From IMG/VR virus record IMGVR_UViG_3300027763_000026: DNA of 64,000 bases; one strand, given 5' to 3'. Positions 1 to 9,479 of the stretch are shown piece by piece (the first letter of the stretch is position 1; each line of letters starts with the position of its first letter). The DNA is from a virus. The position numbers and the translations under genes were made by a program. Under the pieces are notes generated by a model, which saw nothing but the letters and a program-made list of their open reading frames with translations, ran no database searches and was not told where the DNA came from.

Positions 1-603
1 GATAAATTTTTCTCCAAAAAAATCTTCATATGTTATATAAATATATTGTAAATTATAATCTTTTATAACTTTTAAGTTGTATTTAAGATCTCTTTTAATT
101 TTTTTATTATATTTAATATATTCATCGTAGTCTATTTCTACGGGGTTCAATTTATATACTTTTTTGAATTTAGGATGTCTTGTGCTATTGGTAAAAATGC
201 CTATTGATCTTGCGGTTAATAAGGATATATATTTTAATAAAATATTTTTTCTTTCTAATATGATAATTTTAGTGTTATTTTCTTTTAAATAATTTAAATA
301 GATTTCATTATTAGGAAAAGCTTTAAAATGTTTTGGAAAAAATTTATAACCAAAAATTTTTTTATTTGATTTTTCTGAAAGTTTATTTAAAAAATCTTTA
401 AAATTTTCGTTTCTATTTTTTTGCCACATTGAATGGTCTTCGCCAAGGAAATCTTTCATATTTATTTTTATATATTTTACGTCAAGAATATTGCTTTTAA
501 AGATCTCTTTTAAACAAAAAATGTCTTTTTGTGCATTTAAAGCAGAAGTTAAAGCTCCAGAACCAGTTCTATGACTAGCAAAAATAACAAAATTTGATTT
601 CAT
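1..603 (-). CDS. Sulfotransferase, Stf0/P-loop-like; runs off the window start
   Basis: Not in the ORF track. Manual translation from the ATG at 603 stays open for 201 codons: MKSNFVIFASHRTGSGALTSALN...EIF...GYK...IIILERKNILLKYIS...ITYED. Shows a PAPS-binding RTGS loop and R-x-N-x5-S / YED motifs. Start overlaps the upstream stop (ATGA). Confidence 0.75.
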   Translation of the reverse strand, partial: MKSNFVIFASHRTGSGALTSALNAQKDIFCLKEIFKSNILDVKYIKINMKDFLGEDHSMWQKNRNENFKDFLNKLSEKSNKKIFGYKFFPKHFKAFPNNEIYLNYLKENNTKIIILERKNILLKYISLLTARSIGIFTNSTRHPKFKKVYKLNPVEIDYDEYIKYNKKIKRDLKYNLKVIKDYNLQYIYITYEDFFGEKFI

Positions 604-1604
604 TCTATTGATTTTTTAATTCTCATGTCTGAAATACATCCGCATTTTTCAAGACTGCAAATTATAGTATCTTTAAATAATTTAATTTTTAAGTTAGGAT
701 TTTGTAATAAATTACCAAAAGTTAGCCGTTTAATGCCACAATGCGCTCCTGTAACTCTTCCGTCCCATTTTATAGATAAATTAGATTTTCCAGCATCGCA
801 TTTATAATTTTTAAATTTATTTAAACCTTTGCTAATTATTTCTTGACCAAGAAATTTTTCTCTTGTATTGTCTTCATATACAACGTAAGCATTTCTAGTT
901 TGGTAATTTGGATTAATTTCTGTTAAATCTTTTATATTATTGCGATATGTATTATTTTTTATCCAATGTATTTGCTCTTCTGTATATGAATTATAGTAAT
1001 CCTGCTTCATTGTTCCATCTTCAGACCGTTTACCGAGTTTGAAGACTAAGCCTTTAAACTCCATCGTCGGTACGTTATTTTCTTGAAAAAAATTAACCGC
1101 CTCCATAGCTCTATCCCAACAGTCTACGTCCATTATGACTGCGACTTTTACAATAGATTTTTTTTCTATACCAAGCTTAACTACTCCTAGTACATGTTTG
1201 AAATTGGCATATCTAGGGTGCACGCTAAGATTTGTCATATTTATTTTACTTAAATTTTTTTCCCAAAAATCCATTTTTGCGCTACCATTAGTATCCAACC
1301 CTATGTTAAAATTATTTTGTTGAAAAAAATCAATTAAATCGTCTATTCCTGGGTAAACAGTTGGTTCTCCTCCAGTCAAACCAACAAATCTTTTTTCATA
1401 CTCCATTATTTCAGGATTATCTGCGATTAAATCTTTAAAAAATCTAATATAAGTTTGAATCGGTATTAACGGGGTGGAACCACTATTAAGCTTTGGTGGA
1501 CAGTAGTTGCAGCTGTAATTGCATTGATTTGATACTGTGAACTGGATATTAAATTCATTATTTTCTATTGATTTAATTTTCATAGTTTTTATTAATTTCA
1601 GCAA
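600..1604 (-). CDS. Radical SAM protein with C-terminal SPASM/twitch-like domain
   Basis: CNYSCNYC (CxxxCxxC), GGEP, DTNGS; C-terminal CDAGKSNLSIKWDG...HC...C...C-x-C. Confidence 0.88.
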   Translation of the reverse strand: MLKLIKTMKIKSIENNEFNIQFTVSNQCNYSCNYCPPKLNSGSTPLIPIQTYIRFFKDLIADNPEIMEYEKRFVGLTGGEPTVYPGIDDLIDFFQQNNFNIGLDTNGSAKMDFWEKNLSKINMTNLSVHPRYANFKHVLGVVKLGIEKKSIVKVAVIMDVDCWDRAMEAVNFFQENNVPTMEFKGLVFKLGKRSEDGTMKQDYYNSYTEEQIHWIKNNTYRNNIKDLTEINPNYQTRNAYVVYEDNTREKFLGQEIISKGLNKFKNYKCDAGKSNLSIKWDGRVTGAHCGIKRLTFGNLLQNPNLKIKLFKDTIICSLEKCGCISDMRIKKSIE

Positions 1605-2580
1605 TTAGCGACGTTCGTATTTTATAATTATAATAAAGAGTTAAATTTTCTAGTTCGTCTGACTGTTGTTCGCTTTTCTTTCTATTATTAAAATATTGAG
1701 TTATTAAAGGCTCGAGTCTTTTTCCTTTTTCCGTGAATTGAAGCACTCCATATTTGTTATACATAATGTCCTCGTTCGGATCATAATTCAAGTGTTTTAA
1801 TATGTTAAACCTTTTTGAATATAGTCTATCTTCTAGGGATCCATGCCAATAATGCACAATAAGCCCATCGACATAGGAATATTTTACATCCTTGAACTTT
1901 TTTTGATATTCTAACCAGTTAATTTTGGTCTTATCTGTGCTTTTTCTGTCTAAATTTTTTATATAGTCTTGCCGTTTTAAAACGCAAAAGTTTGCAATAA
2001 TTGAATCTGCGCCACCAATTATTTCTATATCATTTATTTTACCAATTTTTTCATAAAACGATTTAGTAATCGCCCAAATTTGGCCAGTTGATGTCTTGAT
2101 TTTGTTGTTATGATTTTTATGATTAATATCTGCGCACAATATGCTTTTATTAGAAAACGTTAACTCATCCTCTCGTTTGCTTATCACGTCTAATTTATGA
2201 GACGAATTTAAATGTATAATTTCTGACCATGGTTGTACTATGTCGTATATTTTTAATTTTTCAATTGTATCCTCTACCCACAACGGATTAAGAAAATGTA
2301 TATCTCTATCTGACCAAGCAATAAATTTTGCATCATCTGGTAAATCTTTTATAGCAAGATTAATTAAATTTTCTTTTACCCATAAAATATCATTAAGTTT
2401 AAATTTTAAATGTTTGAATACCTTATTTGAATAGTCTGGCAATTCTTGATTGTGTATTCCTTCACATAATACTATTCTCAAGTTGGCCCTTTGAGCATAA
2501 TTTGAAATAAATAAATCTAAATTCTTTTTGGGTAAAGTGGATTGATTAAAATCAAAATACGGTAATATTAAATATAACAT
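1573..2580 (-). CDS. Putative GT-A fold glycosyltransferase-like protein
   Basis: LWVKENLIN...FIAWSDRD (DxD-like), VQPWS, GGAD, HYWHG; a pattern typical of large-virus GT2-like proteins. Confidence 0.55.
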   Translation of the reverse strand: MLYLILPYFDFNQSTLPKKNLDLFISNYAQRANLRIVLCEGIHNQELPDYSNKVFKHLKFKLNDILWVKENLINLAIKDLPDDAKFIAWSDRDIHFLNPLWVEDTIEKLKIYDIVQPWSEIIHLNSSHKLDVISKREDELTFSNKSILCADINHKNHNNKIKTSTGQIWAITKSFYEKIGKINDIEIIGGADSIIANFCVLKRQDYIKNLDRKSTDKTKINWLEYQKKFKDVKYSYVDGLIVHYWHGSLEDRLYSKRFNILKHLNYDPNEDIMYNKYGVLQFTEKGKRLEPLITQYFNNRKKSEQQSDELENLTLYYNYKIRTSLIAEINKNYEN

Positions 2581-2676
2581 ATACTACTATATTATATAAA
2601 TAAAAAAAATTATCTCAATTTATATATTTGTTAATTGTGGTTTTTAATCCTCTATAAAGTATCATTTATAAAATTT

Positions 2677-4611
2677 CTAGCAATTTGATACTCCATCATT
2701 TGGTCCAGGTTCATTTTGAAGTCCATAGAGGGCCTTTCGGTACGTATTGCATACAGGCGCCTGCGCGGTCGTGCAGTCTACGCCGTCTAGATTACAGTCC
2801 ATTTTGCCTGTATTGGGATTCCATACTGCGTGTCCTATATCCCTTCTAAATGCGGCGCTACCTGTTATTTCTTTCTTATAACAATCAAAACCTGGACACC
2901 TAGGATCATCACCTGGGACTTTTCTATGTTCTCCCCACTCCCTACATTTTTGGCATCCTACGTTTTTCCCATTACAAATTCCATAATAACAACAATCGCC
3001 TGGACGAGGCGCACAACTGGGACTTTGAGTTTCTGGAGTAGGAGTAATGTATGTGCATGTAAGGCAGGTACATTCTTTGTTGGAATCCGAAGAGCAGGCC
3101 TTGGGTGAGCAACTACACTGTGCATATTTATTATTATTTTCAATATCTTCTTTGGCTGATTGACAATCTGGACCATATTCATAGCAACCGCTTTGGCATA
3201 CGCACGTACTTGATGGAGTAGGAGTACAACATATATCGCAAGGTATCGTACTACCATCTTTACAAACCAAGTCTACGCCCTCACAAGTTCCAGCTTGGCC
3301 GCAATGTCCAGGAGAAGTATAACCTGAATTCTCGCAATTGCAAGGAGTCAACGAAGGTGAGCCTGTGGGTATTGGAACTATGCACCAACAGGGCTCAAAG
3401 ATACCGCACTCACCTGTTACACCGCAATCTTCGCACATATCAAGTGTACTTCCAGCAACGCTTTTGTCGCAAGCGGATTTGCTGCTAAATCCTCCCTTAT
3501 CTCTGCATGTTTTACGCTGGTGCACACATATATCGCAGGTGAAAAGTGGACACCGATTAATTCCACAAGGTCCAGTTCGGCAACATGCAGCCACGTCGTT
3601 CCCATTAGGCGAACAGTTGCCTGAATTACAATCGCCAGGATCGCGACAGCCAACATCTTCGCATCCTTCGGGACATGTCGGCGTAGGAGTCTCACAAGGA
3701 GTAGGAGTAGGGTCAATTATTAAATCTGTACATTCACTATTTGTTTTGCAATCGTCCCCAGAGCATGGATTAGGTGAACATTCACAGTTAAGACTGCAGT
3801 ATTTACGTTTAGCATCATTACATGCGCTCATCGAAGGATACATTGCACAATCGCAAGGACAAAGCCTCGTGTCTGTGGGCGTTGGAGGTGTAGGAGTTAC
3901 GGTAGGAACTTTCTCACACGATCCACAAAATATAACACATCCGTTAGAACATGTTTCTGAATGTTGATTTACGCATTTATAATCTGGAGCAGCACAATTA
4001 CCACAATCTGTGCCTGAATCACAAACGCAAGGATCACCAGCATTATCGCAGCTTGGAGTTGGAGAGTTCGTTGGGCAATCATAACAGTCATCTTTAGGTG
4101 GACTGCAATCTCCTGATTGACACGTTACCTTTGTACAATCACCACTATTAAAAGCACTATATCCGCAATCAAAACAATAACAAGGTGTAGATGATGATGT
4201 TGGTGTGTCGCTTGGAGGCCAACATTTAGGACAAACTGGCGGATCACAAAAACCACCACAACCCGCTATGTCATACGCTCCAAATTCATTCGCTGGGCAT
4301 GTGCTAGTGTCGTCTCCACAAGGACCATCCCCAGTATCTTTGCATCCACAAGTTGGCGTAGGAGGACATTTTGGACATTTCATTAATGGATCTTCTGCAC
4401 ACAAACAAAGTTCTTCTGTGGGAAAAAGTGCTTCTGGACAATCTACTGGTGGATCATCTCCGCAAAATCCGTTTTCACTTTTACATCTACATTCGGGTGG
4501 CCTAGGCTCATTAGATGCTCCTTGTTGATGGTCAGACTGCCTGTGATCTTCTGTATACTCTAATATTTGAGATATTAACTCAACTATGTCTTTATTTTTA
4601 GAGTTGTCCAT
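2677..4611 (-). CDS. Cys-rich modular protein with Pro/Thr linkers, possibly virion-associated
   Basis: 644-aa ORF, about one Cys per six residues in sampled segments; modules separated by PTPT/TPTP linkers; AGTGTAA motif 12 nt upstream. Confidence 0.75.
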   Translation of the reverse strand: MDNSKNKDIVELISQILEYTEDHRQSDHQQGASNEPRPPECRCKSENGFCGDDPPVDCPEALFPTEELCLCAEDPLMKCPKCPPTPTCGCKDTGDGPCGDDTSTCPANEFGAYDIAGCGGFCDPPVCPKCWPPSDTPTSSSTPCYCFDCGYSAFNSGDCTKVTCQSGDCSPPKDDCYDCPTNSPTPSCDNAGDPCVCDSGTDCGNCAAPDYKCVNQHSETCSNGCVIFCGSCEKVPTVTPTPPTPTDTRLCPCDCAMYPSMSACNDAKRKYCSLNCECSPNPCSGDDCKTNSECTDLIIDPTPTPCETPTPTCPEGCEDVGCRDPGDCNSGNCSPNGNDVAACCRTGPCGINRCPLFTCDICVHQRKTCRDKGGFSSKSACDKSVAGSTLDMCEDCGVTGECGIFEPCWCIVPIPTGSPSLTPCNCENSGYTSPGHCGQAGTCEGVDLVCKDGSTIPCDICCTPTPSSTCVCQSGCYEYGPDCQSAKEDIENNNKYAQCSCSPKACSSDSNKECTCLTCTYITPTPETQSPSCAPRPGDCCYYGICNGKNVGCQKCREWGEHRKVPGDDPRCPGFDCYKKEITGSAAFRRDIGHAVWNPNTGKMDCNLDGVDCTTAQAPVCNTYRKALYGLQNEPGPNDGVSNC

Positions 4612-4704
4612 GATTTAACTAGGTTACACTTAATTTTAAATCAAAATTATACAATAATTTAGAAATAAATAAATTACAAATATATTATATAGAGTATTCG
4701 TAAT

Positions 4705-5235
4705 ATGATTCCAGAACTACAAAAAAAATATATAGAAAATTTTGAAAAAAATCTTATATATTCCTCTTTAAAAGATCTTCAAGTCCTTCAGTCTAAAAAT
4801 ATAGATAATACAGCAAATTTAGGAGTTTTTGCAAAAAGAAATTTTTCAAAAAATGAATTAATAGAATGTAGTCCAATTTTTCAATTAGGTTGGCGATCAA
4901 ACTATCATCGTGACCCTGTGATAAGTCAATATGCGTTCACTCATAATCGTCAATGTCAATGCAATGAATGTAAAACTCATGGATTCAATTATTATATCTC
5001 TTTGGGGTATGGCTCTATTTACAATAGCAAAAAAGATCGTGATGCAGATTGGTTCGTATCTCCAAAGCATAGAGCTTGGTTCTTGGTCGCTGTAAAAGAT
5101 ATAAAAAGAGGAAATGAAATATTTACTTACTACGGAGACGGTTATGATATGAACCGCTATCAAAATAAATCAAGTACGCCTAAATCAATAGAAGATATAG
5201 ATTGGTCAAAGATACCTTTAACACCAACAAAATAA
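4705..5235 (+). CDS. SET-domain protein (putative lysine methyltransferase)
   Basis: LGVFAKRNFSKNELIECSP, GYGSIYN, VAVKDIKRGNEIFTYYG match the SET motifs. Confidence 0.8.
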   Translation: MIPELQKKYIENFEKNLIYSSLKDLQVLQSKNIDNTANLGVFAKRNFSKNELIECSPIFQLGWRSNYHRDPVISQYAFTHNRQCQCNECKTHGFNYYISLGYGSIYNSKKDRDADWFVSPKHRAWFLVAVKDIKRGNEIFTYYGDGYDMNRYQNKSSTPKSIEDIDWSKIPLTPTK

Positions 5236-5236
5236 T

Positions 5237-5866
5237 TTAAAAATCTCTTATTCCATCCATCATCACGTTTGTCGTATTCGACATATTTGCTATTTGATAT
5301 GCGAATCTATTGTGCGGACAATATATTTTATCTGTTTCGACTAAATATCTATTCCATGCTTGATCAAGAATCCATGAATCTGAATGATCATTAACTCCTT
5401 CATATGTATCTTTTTGTTTTATATAGCTCCAAAATAAAAAATTTGTATATTTTTTATAATATGGTTTATTTACAATTTGCATTGTAGATTGCCATATTCT
5501 TGAAGGCTTTAAAAAAAAATCATTTATCTTTGAGTTTATATCAAAATTGCTTCCCATAGCAATAAGATCCCATTCTATTTCTTTTAATTTCAACAAAAGT
5601 AATTTCAATTCTATTAAAGAATAAGGAAAAAACACATCGTCTTCTATGATAATAACTTTATCAAAACCTTTTTGAGTTGCATATTCCATCGCTAAAAAAT
5701 GACTGAAAGCGCAACCTTTATGTCCATTTTTTTTATTTAAAAATGCCTCAATTATATGTATAGAAAAATTATTATCGAAATAATTATTAAAAAGATCTAA
5801 ACACCTTGTTAGCCGATCCTTTCTTTCTTTTAAATTAATTAATATTATATTTATATGTTCCATCAA
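5237..5866 (-). CDS. Glycosyltransferase family 25-like
   Basis: [23 protein letters not shown]. Confidence 0.8.
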   Translation of the reverse strand: MMEHINIILINLKERKDRLTRCLDLFNNYFDNNFSIHIIEAFLNKKNGHKGCAFSHFLAMEYATQKGFDKVIIIEDDVFFPYSLIELKLLLLKLKEIEWDLIAMGSNFDINSKINDFFLKPSRIWQSTMQIVNKPYYKKYTNFLFWSYIKQKDTYEGVNDHSDSWILDQAWNRYLVETDKIYCPHNRFAYQIANMSNTTNVMMDGIRDF

Positions 5867-7065
5867 TATTGTTTTAAAAATTCTTTCAAAGAGTCCACTT
5901 TACTTTTTAAGATATCATCTTTCGTTACATTATAAAAGAATGGATTATCATTTGGAATATACTTTTTTAAGACATCTAATTTATTTGATTTGACTTCGTA
6001 CCATCCTTTGCCAGTATAAATGTTTAAAACGTCTTCAAAATATTTTTCATACATCGTAGCCACTTTTTCTAAAGAAAAATTTTCACCAAATTTTCTACAA
6101 TTTATTGGCTTAATTTTATTTATATTTTGCGCAGCGTATATAAAATCTTCAAAACTTTTGCACCTATATCCAGTCAACCCATGAATATTATTCTCTGCAA
6201 AAGACCCCCAATCTGTTGTTATTGTAGGAGTCCCGCTTAAAAGACTCTCTACTTGAACTCCACCAAATGGTTCTATATATTGCGAGGCAACAAAAGTGCC
6301 TTTAGCTTTTGACATTAATTTTCTTCTAGTTTCTATGTCTGCATAGCCAATATGTTCTACGTATTCAGAGTTTATGTTCATCTCTTTTAAATTGCCTTGA
6401 CCTGCGATTATAAGTTTCTGCTTTAAGTGCTCACAAACTTGATGAGCTATATGAACTCCTTTACCGCTGTAAACCCGTCCTAGATATAAAAAATAATCTT
6501 CTTTTTCTTCTGAGTATTCAAAATCGTCTAAATCAAAATAGTTTGGTATAACTACATCATACCAGCCTTGTTTGCAGGTTCCTATCGCTTCTAAGCCGTA
6601 ATATGCATGATAAATAGCATAAGATTCAAAAATTTTAAATTTAGCCCAATGACCTCCAGCATAACCAATTCCTGGTTCGACAACTATCATATCTTCATGA
6701 GCATCGCAAATCGTTCTAACTCCACTCCCCCAAAATGGTAAAAGAAAATCTAATTTTTGTTTTCTTTTGTGAATTTCAAGAATCGCATTTTTATAAAAAG
6801 TTTGATAAGCGTGATCATTTGTATCAAATTTAAAAAAATTATTTTTCCAATCGTGCGAACCATAAGATATTTCAAAATCTTTATTTGTCAAAACTGTAAC
6901 ATGCTCGTCACAAATCACCTCTGAATCTTCGTGGCCATAATGAATTATATAGTGGCCTCTGGCTTTCATCATCTTGCAAAACTTAACTACTTTTTGAGTA
7001 TAAGCGCAAGCGTTGAATAGTTTACTTGAAACTGTATGAGGCAAACCTAATACATGAAATCTCAT
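5863..7065 (-). CDS. GT-B (family 4-like) glycosyltransferase
   Basis: [34 protein letters not shown] (EX7E). Confidence 0.85.
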   Translation of the reverse strand: MRFHVLGLPHTVSSKLFNACAYTQKVVKFCKMMKARGHYIIHYGHEDSEVICDEHVTVLTNKDFEISYGSHDWKNNFFKFDTNDHAYQTFYKNAILEIHKRKQKLDFLLPFWGSGVRTICDAHEDMIVVEPGIGYAGGHWAKFKIFESYAIYHAYYGLEAIGTCKQGWYDVVIPNYFDLDDFEYSEEKEDYFLYLGRVYSGKGVHIAHQVCEHLKQKLIIAGQGNLKEMNINSEYVEHIGYADIETRRKLMSKAKGTFVASQYIEPFGGVQVESLLSGTPTITTDWGSFAENNIHGLTGYRCKSFEDFIYAAQNINKIKPINCRKFGENFSLEKVATMYEKYFEDVLNIYTGKGWYEVKSNKLDVLKKYIPNDNPFFYNVTKDDILKSKVDSLKEFLKQY

Positions 7066-7068
7066 ATA

Positions 7069-7230
7069 TTATTTCTCTCTAATGAAGTAGTTTTTTTTTC
7101 TTTTAGGATTAAGTTTATTAATGTAATTTTTTGCTAAAGCATATCCCTCTTTTGAGAATGGAAATACTCCATAAAGAAAATTTTCAATTGAATATATACC
7201 ATAATATTTTTTCTTTTTACTTTTTGGCAT
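7069..7230 (-). CDS. Small basic hypothetical protein (53 aa)
   Basis: Manual translation MPKSKKKKYYGIYSIENFLYGVFPFSKEG...; fills the gap co-directionally. Confidence 0.5.
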   Translation of the reverse strand: MPKSKKKKYYGIYSIENFLYGVFPFSKEGYALAKNYINKLNPKRKKNYFIREK

Positions 7231-7375
7231 TGTTATATTCCTCTAATAGCGTTTTTAATAATTTTAAATGATAAATATCCCAATTATCGCCAGTTTGTAA
7301 AGCCTCCCTTACCAAAGAATCATCATATTCCTTTTTTTCTAATATTTGGTTTAATAAGTTTAATATTTTGTCCAT
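7217..7375 (-). CDS. Small hypothetical protein (52 aa)
   Basis: Manual translation MDKILNLLNQILEKKEYDD...; TATAAT 5 nt upstream of ATG. Confidence 0.5.
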   Translation of the reverse strand: MDKILNLLNQILEKKEYDDSLVREALQTGDNWDIYHLKLLKTLLEEYNNAKK

Positions 7376-7445
7376 AGTGAATTATACTAAAAAATATTGA
7401 TAAAATCCAAAATCTAATGTAATATAAAGATAGTTCATTCTAATT

Positions 7446-7832
7446 GGGCCCGTACTGGTTTCGATTTTAAAGAAATAAATTGAAATGCAAGTGGAGGTTG
7501 AATCGAGGACTCCTTAAAAAGTTTCAATTTATATTAACTGCCAAAACAGCAAAATATAAAGGTCATATTTCAGCAAGAGTTTCTCTTGTTGAGATGACCG
7601 CTTCTGTAGCTTAAGTTACAGCGTGATACCCTTGACACATCTATTGGGATATTGCGTAATTAGATGTCTTATTATTAGTAGTTTTTTTATTCTATTAATA
7701 TTAAGTATCAAAAATAAAATCGCTGAGTATGTTTGCTCTTTATCTATACAAAGCTAAAAACAAAAAGAACTAAACTTGTAGTATTTTAATTTAGATTTTT
7801 AAAAGACAGAGGTTCAATTCCTCTCGGGTCCA
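7446..7832 (+). ncRNA. ssrA: tmRNA (CCA not encoded)
   Basis: 5' GGGCCCGTACTGGTTTCGA; acceptor stem GGGCCCG/CGGGTCC-A with the G3-U70 Ala identity pair; T arm AGAGG-TTCAATT-CCTCT; internal tag ORF. Confidence 0.92.
7540..7614 (+). other. tmRNA tag reading frame: (A)AKTAKYKGHISARVSLVEMTASVA*
   Basis: TTAACT upstream of resume codon GCC at 7540; TAA at 7612-7614; hydrophobic Ala-ending C terminus. Confidence 0.7.
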
Positions 7833-7899
7833 AGTAAACGAATCCCTCTGTCTGCATTTTTATTAGAAAAAACGTATCGTAACTATATATAATCCTTAT

Positions 7900-8451
7900 A
7901 TGAATATCAAAAAAACAAAAATAATTTGCGCCACTTGTAGCAAAGAACGCGAAGTAAGGCAAAGCGATTATAATAGAAAAATTAAAGCTGGTCAAAGTAA
8001 GTTTTATTGTAGTTTAAAATGTTCTGGAAAAGCTGATTATAAGAATAATCCTCAAAAATTAGAAAAAAACAAAGGAAATATTAATTTATTGAAGGGTCAT
8101 GAAGCGAATAGATTAGATGAATATAGTCCATTTAAGTATTCTTTAAATAAAGCCAGGTCAAGAAGCAAAGAGAGGGGGGAAGAAACGGATTTAACTCTTG
8201 AATATTTGAAACAACTCTTAGAAAAACAAAATGGATTATGCTCTTATACAAGTATAGTTCTTGAATTACCCAGAAGCTCTCAAGATGCGGATATAAAGAA
8301 AAGCCCAACTAAATTAAGCCTTGATAGGATCGATCCAAATATAGGATATATCAAGGGAAATGTTGAATTTGTATGTTATTGTGTTAATGTTATGAAAAAT
8401 GACTTTTCAAAACAAAAGATGGTAGAATTTATTAAAAAAATTAGAAATTAA
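7900..8451 (+). CDS. Free-standing HNH-family endonuclease with N-terminal Zn-finger
   Basis: CATC...FYCSLKC; CSYTS...SLDRIDPNIGYIKGNVEFVCYCVNVMK. Confidence 0.8.
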   Translation: MNIKKTKIICATCSKEREVRQSDYNRKIKAGQSKFYCSLKCSGKADYKNNPQKLEKNKGNINLLKGHEANRLDEYSPFKYSLNKARSRSKERGEETDLTLEYLKQLLEKQNGLCSYTSIVLELPRSSQDADIKKSPTKLSLDRIDPNIGYIKGNVEFVCYCVNVMKNDFSKQKMVEFIKKIRN

Positions 8452-8476
8452 AAACTTGACTTAGTATAATACAAAT

Positions 8477-8914
8477 ATGAATATATCACCATATTTAGAC
8501 ATTCTTGTAAAAAATGAGAAAATTTTTGAAGCCTTAAAAGCAAAATATCCAGATATTTTAGCTGATCTGACTAGCGCTAAATTCAACCCGAACTGTTCAT
8601 GCCGAGGTAGAGTTTCTGCCCATTTGAATAAAAAATATGTAGAGGGCGACAAGGATTTTATTGATTTCATCTTGAATATGGAAGAAATAAAAGAGCAAAA
8701 AGCTACAATGGATAAGATTATTAAAGAATCAGAAGAGGCCAATAGACAAAAACTTGAAAATGCAAAAGACATAAGCATTAGTAATATTTATCAAGTCCCT
8801 AAAGGTCCAAAAGCTTGGGAAGATTTTAATAAGTTTGTAAATGAAAAAGGCATACCTTTTAGATCATTTTCTGTTCTAGACAAAGGTGAGTTTCTAGAAG
8901 TTTATTTCTTATAA
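8477..8914 (+). CDS. Hypothetical protein with CxC motif
   Basis: ORF track; NPNCSCRG; TATAAT 6 nt before ATG. Confidence 0.6.
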   Translation: MNISPYLDILVKNEKIFEALKAKYPDILADLTSAKFNPNCSCRGRVSAHLNKKYVEGDKDFIDFILNMEEIKEQKATMDKIIKESEEANRQKLENAKDISISNIYQVPKGPKAWEDFNKFVNEKGIPFRSFSVLDKGEFLEVYFL

Positions 8915-9204
8915 TGTTGACTTTTGTAATATATTTATTTCTCTGTTTAGGATTAACTTACGCTTGGTCTGATACTGAAGTCTCAAGACCATTTAGAAAT
9001 TTTATAGCAAAAATACCTTACATTCGACGACCCTTGCTTTGTCATGAGTGCAGTAGTTTCTGGGTTTCTCTGGCTCTGTCTTTTTTTATCAATCCACTAC
9101 AAGAATTGACTTATCCAATCGTCTCTAACATACTTTGTAGTTTCACTGGGTTTTTTATTAATTTAATTTTTGTTCGAAACCATTTTATTAAATACAAAGA
9201 GTAA
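8914..9204 (+). CDS. Small membrane protein with CxxC (DUF1360-like)
   Basis: Hydrophobic segments and LLCHECSSFW (CxxCxxxW); TAATG coupling to the previous gene. Confidence 0.6.
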   Translation: MLTFVIYLFLCLGLTYAWSDTEVSRPFRNFIAKIPYIRRPLLCHECSSFWVSLALSFFINPLQELTYPIVSNILCSFTGFFINLIFVRNHFIKYKE

Positions 9205-9206
9205 AG

Positions 9207-9479
9207 ATGCCGCGCGCACAAAAAAAAATTGATTTAATGTATTTTAGTGCTTCTTGGTGTGGGCCATGCAAAATGATGAAGCCTCTAATTGATAGTTTTA
9301 TTACCCGTAATTCAGATAAAGTGAATCTAATGAAGATCGACGTAGATTCTGATCGCCATATGGCTCAAGCTTATCAAATAAACTCCGTGCCAGCTTTTGT
9401 AGTATTAAAAGACGGAGCTTTAGTGGACAGATTCAATGGGATGGTGAGTCAGGCTAGATTAAATCAAATTTTAAATTAA
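9207..9479 (+). CDS. trxA: Thioredoxin
   Basis: FSASWCGPCK, KIDVD, INSVPAF. Confidence 0.92.
   Translation: MPRAQKKIDLMYFSASWCGPCKMMKPLIDSFITRNSDKVNLMKIDVDSDRHMAQAYQINSVPAFVVLKDGALVDRFNGMVSQARLNQILN

Noticed and set aside
1-603. Apparent homopolymer frameshifts in the sulfotransferase
   Set aside because: Careful recount of the A6 and T7 runs shows the frame is open; the ORF is missing from the track only because it is truncated by the window edge.
7446-7832. Stand-alone tRNA genes
   Set aside because: The only T-arm/acceptor match belongs to the tmRNA, which has no anticodon arm. No other cloverleaf was spotted by eye; tRNAscan-SE or ARAGORN would be decisive.
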